The notes beneath the pieces are model-generated. The model ran no database searches. It was not told the DNA's origin and worked only from the letters and a program-made list of their open reading frames with translations. DNA of 47,532 nucleotides from IMG/VR virus record IMGVR_UViG_3300046789_000012. The stretch is one strand, 5' to 3'. Positions 14,568 to 21,125 of the stretch are shown here, piece after piece. The DNA comes from a virus. Position 1 is the stretch's first letter. Each line of letters opens with the position of its first letter. The position numbers and the translations under genes are program-made.

Positions 14568-15122
14568 ATGCAAGGTCGCGACGACTCAAACGACCCGCTA
14601 ACTATCGAGACTGCAGAGGCTCTCGATCTGCTGCGTGAAACCGCAGCTGACCTCTGCAGGCCAACAGGCGACGAGCCGTCGCTGCGCCTGCTCGCTCTAG
14701 CGCAAGCGATCGGCGTGCCCGGCGCCCTCTGGTCGCACGAGGTCGCCGACTGGCCAGCCGAGCGCCTCGCCGGCGCCATCGCCGTCTATCTCCAAGAAGT
14801 TTACGAATGGCCTTACTCGCGCGCCGCCCTCGAGCGCGCGGCGATGCAGGCTAGCGGCTATCCCGAGCCGACACGTCGACCCGCGCTCAGGCTGGTTTGC
14901 GGCGGCGGCGAGTCGCAGCGCGCCCGGCGTCGCGAAGCTTATCGGCTGTCAATCGGCCTCCGTGAGCTTCGACATGCGTACGCGCATCAATCAGGCGCTG
15001 CGCTGTCGTTTGACGAGCACCGCTGCCGGCATGTGGTGCTTTCGTGGTGGAGCTCAGTCGAGATGGCGCACGACTATCAGGCGCGGTTAGCGACGTATTG
15101 GGCCTTTCTTCGCAGTTCGTGA
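14568..15122 (+). CDS. Hypothetical protein (184 aa)
   Basis: SD-like aggggtgg upstream. Third-position G+C about 70 percent in its last 240 nt, higher than the opposing frame there. Confidence 0.5.
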   Translation: MQGRDDSNDPLTIETAEALDLLRETAADLCRPTGDEPSLRLLALAQAIGVPGALWSHEVADWPAERLAGAIAVYLQEVYEWPYSRAALERAAMQASGYPEPTRRPALRLVCGGGESQRARRREAYRLSIGLRELRHAYAHQSGAALSFDEHRCRHVVLSWWSSVEMAHDYQARLATYWAFLRSS

Positions 15123-15552
15123 CGTACTCCGTCAGCCACTCGAGCGTTGCAGGCTTCTGTCGACCGCGTATCGCGCGCTCGACCGACTCGATCAGCGTCT
15201 GACTCGCCTCGCGATCGGCCAAGAACGCCCGCACCTCGGCGACGCCGAGCACTGTCGGCGCTTCGAGCTCGGCGAGCGCAGCCGCGCGACCCTCGGTGCC
15301 GAATAGTAAAAGCTCAATGTCCGCATCGAGCAGCAGCGACGCTCGAACGAACAGCGGGATCGTTGGCATCGACCGCTCACGATCCCAATCGTCGAGCGTC
15401 GAGCCTGACACGCCGAGCAGCGCCGCAAAGCGTATGCGCGACAGGCCCTTAGCTGCGCGCAGCGACCATAGTCGCCGCTGCACACTCGTTTCCGCGTAGG
15501 GACTGACGCCCGACTCGGGCGCTGGCTTCATCGGGACCTTGCGATAGCTCAT
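14887..15552 (-). CDS. CI-like repressor (XRE HTH N-domain, low-complexity tail)
   Basis: 221 aa; LWSLRAAKGLSRIRFAALLGVSGSTLDDWDRERSMPT. Divergent from a Cro-like gene. By hand count, third-position G+C is about 76 percent for 15125..15552 and only about 54 percent for 14887..15124. Confidence 0.7.
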   Translation of the reverse strand: MSYRKVPMKPAPESGVSPYAETSVQRRLWSLRAAKGLSRIRFAALLGVSGSTLDDWDRERSMPTIPLFVRASLLLDADIELLLFGTEGRAAALAELEAPTVLGVAEVRAFLADREASQTLIESVERAIRGRQKPATLEWLTEYVTNCEERPNTSLTAPDSRAPSRLSSTTKAPHAGSGARQTTAQRLIDARTHVEAHGGRLTADKLRDAGRAATRRRRKPA

Positions 15553-15660
15553 GCCTCGGGACCTCGGTAGCGTGTCCAGGCTATAGCGCCAACCCTATAC
15601 CGTCCGGCACGGTTTTTCTATGACGCAATTTCTCTCATACCTCGGCGCCTAAGTGTCGCA

Positions 15661-15680
15661 TGTGCTCTGATGTGCGCTGA
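15661..15680 (+). repeat. Tandem decamers TGTGCTCTGA / TGTGCGCTGA in the CI/Cro intergenic region
   Basis: Read directly. A third GTGCTGA lies at 15692. These are candidate operator half-sites. Confidence 0.4.
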
Positions 15681-15719
15681 CAGCCTGCGCAGTGCTGAAG
15701 CTTGCCCACATAGGCAGTA

Positions 15720-15729
15720 GCCTATATCG
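15720..15729 (+). promoter_or_regulatory. GCCTATATCG element (-10-like TATATC) 9 nt upstream of the Cro-like ATG
   Basis: No SD lies between it and ATG 15738, suggesting a leaderless transcript. Related CTATAGCG (15581) and CCTATACCG (15593) lie nearer the CI-like gene. Confidence 0.4.
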
Positions 15730-15737
15730 TCCCGTCC

Positions 15738-16010
15738 ATGAACCTGCGGGCGTGGGTAAAACAGGAAGGCACAGGCGCCATAACGCGCCTGCAGTATCGA
15801 TCAGGACTCAGCTATACGGCCGTTCACCGCGCCGTCAGCGGAAAGTCGCGACCGACGTACGAGAGCGCTAACGCGCTCGCTGCGGCGACCGACGGCGCAG
15901 TCACTGTCGACGAGATATTTAGGAGCGCGCGCAGGGTGAAGCGAAAGGCGCCTCGAGCTCGAGCAGCGCGCCGCCGCGCGCAGAGACTCGCCGCAGTCGT
16001 CGCCGCCTGA
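15738..16010 (+). CDS. Cro/YdaS-like small HTH regulator
   Basis: 90 aa; GAITRLQYRSGLSYTAVHRAVSG ... ATDGAVTVDEI, with a basic tail. First gene of the rightward early operon. Confidence 0.7.
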   Translation: MNLRAWVKQEGTGAITRLQYRSGLSYTAVHRAVSGKSRPTYESANALAAATDGAVTVDEIFRSARRVKRKAPRARAARRRAQRLAAVVAA

Positions 16011-16081
16011 AACCCGCGGCCGCAGCAGCGCACGCCCATTCGCGCGCCGCTGCGCCGCCGACAACGTCGTGCAGGAGGCCC

Positions 16082-17071
16082 ATGGGTACGCCGACACCTC
16101 GCCGCAGTCAACGACGCTCGATCAAGCTGCCGGACCTCTATTGGTCCGCCGACTCGCCGCTCGACGGCGTCGCTCGCGTTGTCTGGACTCAGTGCTTGTT
16201 TCTGGCACGCCCGCAGCGTGACAGTCACGCGGACAGTCACGCGCCGCCGCAGCGTGACCGTCACGCCTTAGAGCGCGACAGTCACGCGCTCGAGCGCTGG
16301 CCAGCAGCGCCGCTCGTCGACGAGAGCCTGCGCTCGCTCACGCTCGCCGACATCGCGCGCGCAGTGCAGCTCGACAGGCACCTCGTCACGCGTGCGATGC
16401 AGCAGCTCGAGCGCCTCGGCGAGGTCGCGCGAAAGCCCGACGGAACGTGGGTAGTCCTGCGCTACGGCCTGACGCAGGAGAGGCCAGACGCCGAGCGCAA
16501 GCGACGCCAGCGGGCCCGTAAAAAGCGTGACAGTCACGCGGACAGTCACGCCGATTTACCCCGTGACAGTCACGCCGCCGAGCGGGACAGTCACGCGAGT
16601 TTTCCCGCGCGCGCGCTCTTAAGATCTGAGAGATCAGAAGATCTAACAGATCTTAATACCACTACCTCACCTCTTAACTCTGACCGCGTGCACGCGCGCG
16701 AGCCTGCAGTCGAGGCGCAGCGCTGGCTAAACGAGATTCTGACAACCGCGGCTGCGACGTTCGCGCCGCCGGCGCTCGGCACCAAATGGGAGCGGCATTA
16801 TCGCTGGATAGGGCAGCGCCCGCAGCGCGAGCTCGAGCAGGTCGGCGCGCTGCTGTGCGACGCGCTGCGCAGCCGCGCCCTGCGGGCCCGGTACCTCACG
16901 CCGCAGCACCTTATGTCCTACTGGCCGCAATACGCCGCCGGCGTGCTGCCGAACGCGCCTCGCCTCGCCGCGGTCGCAGCAGTCACGCCTGCCGAGCTCG
17001 AGCAGACGGCGCTCGAGCTCGAGGCCGAGGCCGACAACAACCCGGCCTGGCTTCAAGAGGCCGCGCCATGA
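16082..17071 (+). CDS. Replication initiator (lambda O-like role) with winged-helix domain and intragenic origin
   Basis: 329 aa; AGGAGG just upstream. LTLADIARAVQLDRHLVTRAMQQLERLGEVARKPDGTWVV is wHTH-like. The gene contains 8 iterons and an AT-rich GATC island and is followed by a helicase-loader gene. Confidence 0.7.
   Translation: MGTPTPRRSQRRSIKLPDLYWSADSPLDGVARVVWTQCLFLARPQRDSHADSHAPPQRDRHALERDSHALERWPAAPLVDESLRSLTLADIARAVQLDRHLVTRAMQQLERLGEVARKPDGTWVVLRYGLTQERPDAERKRRQRARKKRDSHADSHADLPRDSHAAERDSHASFPARALLRSERSEDLTDLNTTTSPLNSDRVHAREPAVEAQRWLNEILTTAAATFAPPALGTKWERHYRWIGQRPQRELEQVGALLCDALRSRALRARYLTPQHLMSYWPQYAAGVLPNAPRLAAVAAVTPAELEQTALELEAEADNNPAWLQEAAP
16220..16287 (+). repeat. Iteron cluster A: 4 x GACAGTCACGC (16220, 16232, 16256 with one mismatch, 16277)
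   Basis: Read directly. The core cgtgacAgtcacg is dyad-symmetric. Translated in frame as RDSHA-type peptides. Confidence 0.85.
16529..16596 (+). repeat. Iteron cluster B: 4 x GACAGTCACGC (16529, 16541, 16564, 16586)
   Basis: Same internal spacing pattern (12 / 23 / 22 nt) as cluster A; starts exactly 309 nt (103 codons) after it. Confidence 0.85.
16617..16660. repeat. AT-rich island with 4 GATC sites in 30 bp (candidate DNA-unwinding element)
   Basis: cttaAGATCTgagAGATCAgaAGATCTaacAGATCTtaatacc, with GATC at 16623, 16632, 16640 and 16649. Strikingly AT-rich for this genome. Confidence 0.75.
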
Positions 17072-17721
17072 CACACGGTATGGCGCGCATTCAGGACCTG
17101 CTAAAGCGCCTGCAGCAGCAGGTCACAAGCACCGAACACGCAGCCGTGCTCGAGCACGACGCCGACCGCGCACGGCAGCAGGCTCGGCGCGACGCCCTGC
17201 TCGCGCTGCCGACGCCGCTCGACGACGAGATGCTGCGCGCCATCGAGCACGACACGCTCGAGCAGACTGTCGCGCTCGTCGCTGTGCGGCGCTTTCTCGC
17301 GCTGCGTAGCTCGCGCACGATCCTCGTGCTGCACGGCGCTACAGGCACGGGCAAGAGCGTTGCCGCGGCCGACGCTGCAGCGCGCCGAGCGCATGCGCGC
17401 TGGGCCTATCCGCGCGACCTCGTCGAGGCCTATCACAGCCGGTATTCCGAGGCGCTCGTGCGGCGGCACGCGCTCGAGCAGTGCCCGCTGCTCGTGATCG
17501 ACAGCCTCGGCATCGAGCAGGCCGACACGACGATCATGCTCGACGCCCTGGTCGGACTGCTGCCCGTTCGCGTGCGACGCCGAACCATCATCACCACACC
17601 GCTATCGCAAGCCGCGTTCCTGCGTCGCTACGCGTTCGCGCCGCTGCTGAGTCTGCTCGCGGCCTCGGCGTTCCACGTCTCGCTAAAGGCGCTGCCAACC
17701 AAAGGACCGGACCAGCCGTGA
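17068..17721 (+). CDS. DnaC/IstB-like AAA+ helicase loader
   Basis: 217 aa; ATGA overlap with the initiator gene. Walker A LHGATGTGKS and Walker B LLVIDSLG. Confidence 0.8.
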   Translation: MTHGMARIQDLLKRLQQQVTSTEHAAVLEHDADRARQQARRDALLALPTPLDDEMLRAIEHDTLEQTVALVAVRRFLALRSSRTILVLHGATGTGKSVAAADAAARRAHARWAYPRDLVEAYHSRYSEALVRRHALEQCPLLVIDSLGIEQADTTIMLDALVGLLPVRVRRRTIITTPLSQAAFLRRYAFAPLLSLLAASAFHVSLKALPTKGPDQP

Positions 17722-18503
17722 ACGACTACAAGCACTGCACCTATCGCCGAAAGGACGGCTCGCGCTGTCGAGGCCTCGTGATGCAGGGCAGGTCGCACTG
17801 CTACTCGCACAGCGCTCGCGCCGAGCCTGTCGGCGAGCGCCGCTCGACCATTCGCGCGACTCGCGCCGACGAGCAGCACGCGCGAGACTTCCGCCGCCTG
17901 CGCGACGAGATCGGCAGCGCCTCGCCCGACGCCTCACGCACGAGCGAGGACCTCGTGCGCGCGCTCGACGACCTGCGTGCGGCGCACGCCCGTATCGCCG
18001 AGCTCGAGCAGGCACAGACGCCGCAGACGTCGCAGGCGCGAAACGCCATCGCCGAGGCGCAGACACGCCGCCATCAGGCCGAGCTCGCAGCGCTGCAGGA
18101 CCAGCTGCGAAAGGCCGACGACGACCGCCGGCAGCTTGCCGAGCGCCTCGACGAGCTCGAGCGCGCCCTCGACGAGGCGCACGCCGCCGCTCAGACGCAG
18201 GCCGACCTCGAGGGCAGGCTCGCCGACCTGCAGCACACACACGCAGCTTTCGACGCCGACCTCGCTGCGAGCGTCCAGTTGCTGCACGAGCGCGCAAGCG
18301 ACATCCTGCTCGCCGGCGAGCTGCCCGCGGCCGACGCTCGGCTAGTCGCCGAGGCCTCGACGCACCTCGCCGACAGCGTGATCACCTTCGCGCGCGAGCG
18401 GCGCCTCGCCGAGCAGGCGCAGCGACCTCGACGAGCCGCTGCTCGAGCAGGCCGCAAGACAGCCAACGGCGACGCCCGAGCGCCTGACAAGGCCGGGCAC
18501 TGA
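17718..18503 (+). CDS. Coiled-coil protein with N-terminal Cys/His knuckle (paralog of 19449..20030)
   Basis: 261 aa; GTGA overlap. CTYRRKDGSRCRGLVMQGRSHCYSH followed by a long Ala/Glu/Leu/Arg heptad-like region. Confidence 0.6.
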   Translation: MNDYKHCTYRRKDGSRCRGLVMQGRSHCYSHSARAEPVGERRSTIRATRADEQHARDFRRLRDEIGSASPDASRTSEDLVRALDDLRAAHARIAELEQAQTPQTSQARNAIAEAQTRRHQAELAALQDQLRKADDDRRQLAERLDELERALDEAHAAAQTQADLEGRLADLQHTHAAFDADLAASVQLLHERASDILLAGELPAADARLVAEASTHLADSVITFARERRLAEQAQRPRRAAARAGRKTANGDARAPDKAGH

Positions 18504-18784
18504 TGGCCAAGCCACGCGCGCCCGCTGTGCAGGCCGAGCTCGTCGAGCAGGCCGCCGACCGGCCTAAGACGCTCGCGCAGCAGCGTAACCTATGCCCGCG
18601 CTGCTTCCTGCGCGGCAAGCTCGCAGCGCTCGTCGTCGGGCACTCCTGCCCATGCCTCGACGCCGTCTGCGAGCGCTGCGATCGCCCGCTCTCTGTGACT
18701 GTCGTCGCCGTCGACGCGAGAGGCTCACACAGCGAGCGATCGCCCTGCGGCTGCTTCTATGCGCCCGCGACAAGGAAACTATGA
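18503..18784 (+). CDS. Small Cys-rich protein (93 aa)
   Basis: CPRCF ... CPCLDAVCERC ... CGC; 1-nt overlap with the upstream stop. Confidence 0.5.
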   Translation: MAKPRAPAVQAELVEQAADRPKTLAQQRNLCPRCFLRGKLAALVVGHSCPCLDAVCERCDRPLSVTVVAVDARGSHSERSPCGCFYAPATRKL

Positions 18785-19452
18785 ACAAGCCCACACCGCC
18801 GACGCCGACGCGCGCCGCTCGCCCTTGGCGAGTGCTGCGATGGAAACGCAAACGGCAGTCACTGTCGACCGCGACGATCACGCCGCTGGACGCCGTGCTG
18901 CTCGCCGTCGACTCGGCGCGCCGCTCAGGCTGGGCCCTGTACTCGCGAGGGCATCTCGTGAGGTACGGCGAATGCAACTCGCGCACGCCGCTCGAGCGCG
19001 CCGAGGTCGTTAGCGACGCCCTGCGCCACGCAGGCGCCCTCGAGCTGCCCGTCGGTCTAGTTCTCGAGGTGCCGTATGGAGGCCCGCTCAAGACGCTTCT
19101 ATCGCTCGCCGAGACTGCCGCGCTGTGGCGTGACACGTGGATCGGCTACGAGCAGCACCCTCGACGCGTGATCGACGTGCTCGCGACCGAATGGCGCGAG
19201 CGGCTTTTCGGCGTCGGCAGCATGCCGCGCGACGCCGCTCGGCGGCTCGAGCAGCTCACGGCGCAGCGCATCGTCGCGACCTCGACGCTGCGGCACGCGC
19301 CCGAGCTCGGCGGCGACAGCGTCGCGGCGATCTGCCTCGGCTACGTCGCGCGCTCGAGCGCAGCCCTGCAGACGGCCCTGCCCTGCGCCCTCGTCGACCT
19401 GCGGAAGAATCCGCGCGCCCGCCTAACCGTGAACATGAAAGGCAAGCCGTGA
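18781..19452 (+). CDS. RuvC-like Holliday junction resolvase
   Basis: 223 aa; ATGA overlap. Acidic catalytic-type motifs LLAVDSARRSGWAL, LVLEVPYGG and GGDSVAAICLGY in the RuvC order. Confidence 0.75.
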   Translation: MNKPTPPTPTRAARPWRVLRWKRKRQSLSTATITPLDAVLLAVDSARRSGWALYSRGHLVRYGECNSRTPLERAEVVSDALRHAGALELPVGLVLEVPYGGPLKTLLSLAETAALWRDTWIGYEQHPRRVIDVLATEWRERLFGVGSMPRDAARRLEQLTAQRIVATSTLRHAPELGGDSVAAICLGYVARSSAALQTALPCALVDLRKNPRARLTVNMKGKP

Positions 19453-20030
19453 AGGACGCACCGCCGCAGCGCGGCCGCAGGCGCACGAAATACTGCGGCG
19501 CGCCGACGAGCAAAGGCACTAAATGCCGCTTCGTGCTCTACGCCGACGGCGGCCGCTGCCCGCGACACGACCCGGCCGCGCAGCGGCAGCGCGCGCTCGA
19601 GCTCGTCGAGTTCGAGCAAAAGGCAAAGGCGCTCGCGATCGAGAAAGCTGCGGCGATCGCCGCCGACCTGCCGCGCCTGCTCGAGGCTAAGCGCGAGCTC
19701 GTGCTGCTGGACGATCGCATTCGCTCGGCGAGGCGCGCGCTCGACACGCTCACTACCACCGCCGCCGAGCTCGAGCGCTGGGTCAAAGAGACCGAGGCGC
19801 GCGCGACGACCACCGTCGACGAGCTGCTGCAGCGCGCGAACGTCTACCTGCGGGCCCATAGCGCCGACATGACGCCCGAGCTCTGCGACCTCGTGCTGCG
19901 CTGCGCCGACGCCATCGCGACGCAGGCGCGCGAGCTGCGTCAGACCAAGTTTGGACCACCGCTCATCGACCAAATCAACGGCGCGCGCAGCGTCGCCGAG
20001 CGAGTCGCAGCCTACCGCCGCATGACGTGA
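19449..20030 (+). CDS. Coiled-coil protein with N-terminal Cys/His knuckle (paralog of 17718..18503)
   Basis: 193 aa; GTGA overlap. CGAPTSKGTKCRFVLYADGGRCPRH followed by a helical region. Confidence 0.6.
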   Translation: MKDAPPQRGRRRTKYCGAPTSKGTKCRFVLYADGGRCPRHDPAAQRQRALELVEFEQKAKALAIEKAAAIAADLPRLLEAKRELVLLDDRIRSARRALDTLTTTAAELERWVKETEARATTTVDELLQRANVYLRAHSADMTPELCDLVLRCADAIATQARELRQTKFGPPLIDQINGARSVAERVAAYRRMT

Positions 20031-20045
20031 CGCCCTCGAACAACC

Positions 20046-20387
20046 ATGCACGCCACGAAGCCGATCCCCGCCACACCGACACACTGCCGCCGCTGCAGCG
20101 CCGAGCTGCCGCTGCTGCGTCGGTATGGGGGATTGTGCAGCGCGTGCATCGTGACGCACGCGCCGCCGAGGCTCGAGGACCCGACCCGGCGCAAATGGGT
20201 GATCATCGATCGGCGCACGGTCAAGCGACCTAACGGCGAGACCGACACGCGCCTGCGCGTCAAGTGTGCGTGCGGCTACGTCCGGACAATGGCCATCGCG
20301 GAATGGCGTAACAGCCGCTCGCTGCAGTGCAACCGATGCAGGATGCGCGACGAGCATCGGCTGCGGAAAGGCGCCGATGCCTGGTAA
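20046..20387 (+). CDS. Zinc-ribbon-like protein (113 aa)
   Basis: CRRC ... CSAC ... CAC ... CNRC. No H-N-H signature seen. Confidence 0.55.
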   Translation: MHATKPIPATPTHCRRCSAELPLLRRYGGLCSACIVTHAPPRLEDPTRRKWVIIDRRTVKRPNGETDTRLRVKCACGYVRTMAIAEWRNSRSLQCNRCRMRDEHRLRKGADAW

Positions 20388-20931
20388 GCCCACGAAGAAG
20401 AAGAAGGCCGCGAAGAAGAAGGCCGCACCGGTTCCCGGACACTCGCGCGCGCGTAGGGCCGACAATGACGTCTGGAAACCTCGCGCCGACGTCGCTGCCC
20501 TCGGCGGCAGGCCGACGCTCTACAGCGACGCCCTCGGCGACCGCATCTGCATGTGGATCGCCGCAGGCATGCCGATCGCTGCGTCGTGCGCGCACGAGGG
20601 CATAGGCCGCGCGACGTTCTACGACTGGCGCTCGCGAGGCGCCCTCGGCGTCGAGCCTTTCGCGACGTTCCTGCGCGCAGTCGAGGTCGCGCTCGCGCGC
20701 TCCGAGGTCGCCGTGATGCAGAGTGTCGTCGCCGCCGCGCGCGAGGACTGGAAGGCCGGCGCATGGTGGCTAGAGCGCAGATTCCCGAAACGCTACGGAC
20801 AGCGGCAGCAGCTCAAGATCGAGAAAGCGCCCGCGGAAATGACCGACGCCGAGCTCGACGCGGCGATCGCTCAACACGGCTACGTGCGTGCAGCCTCACT
20901 CACCGACGACGAACCGGAGCCGAAGTCATGA
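20377..20931 (+). CDS. terS: Terminase small subunit (HTH type)
   Basis: 184 aa; Lys-rich N-terminus. GRPTLYSDALGDRICMWIAAGMPIAASCAHEGIGRATFYDWRS and WKAGAWWLERRFPKRYG match the remembered small-terminase pattern. Lies upstream of terL. Confidence 0.7.
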   Translation: MPGKPTKKKKAAKKKAAPVPGHSRARRADNDVWKPRADVAALGGRPTLYSDALGDRICMWIAAGMPIAASCAHEGIGRATFYDWRSRGALGVEPFATFLRAVEVALARSEVAVMQSVVAAAREDWKAGAWWLERRFPKRYGQRQQLKIEKAPAEMTDAELDAAIAQHGYVRAASLTDDEPEPKS

Positions 20932-21125
20932 GAATCCGCCGGCGACCAAGCTTTGACTGTTACTTGTGTCATGGGTGGGGTGAGTTCGATTGCATGTGTG
21001 ATCAACCGCAGCCGCACGTGCACGCCTGCGGCAACTGTGCCGAGGGCGAACGACTCCACGCCGTCTACGAACGCCTAAAGACCGAGAAAGCGACCAATGG
21101 CCCGACCACCAACACCACCGACTAA
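20928..21125 (+). CDS. Small Cys-rich protein (65 aa)
   Basis: ATGA overlap; CYLCHGWGEFDCMC ... CGNC. Confidence 0.5.
   Translation: MRIRRRPSFDCYLCHGWGEFDCMCDQPQPHVHACGNCAEGERLHAVYERLKTEKATNGPTTNTTD

Noticed and set aside
16211-16600. RDSHA peptide repeats as a protein-level repeat domain of the initiator
   Set aside because: The repeats are conserved at the nucleotide level as an 11-mer with dyad symmetry and helical phasing, next to an AT-rich island. A DNA-level function (iterons) explains them better, although both could be true.
19341-20465. 374-aa minus-strand ORF; also 21886..22734, 22932..23813, 26158..27087, 34826..35536 and 39744..40406 on the minus strand
   Set aside because: All are antisense to genes with recognisable domains (terminase, MuF, sheath, hub and others). 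They have Arg/Ala/Gly-rich, domain-free translations and no start context. They are shadow ORFs.
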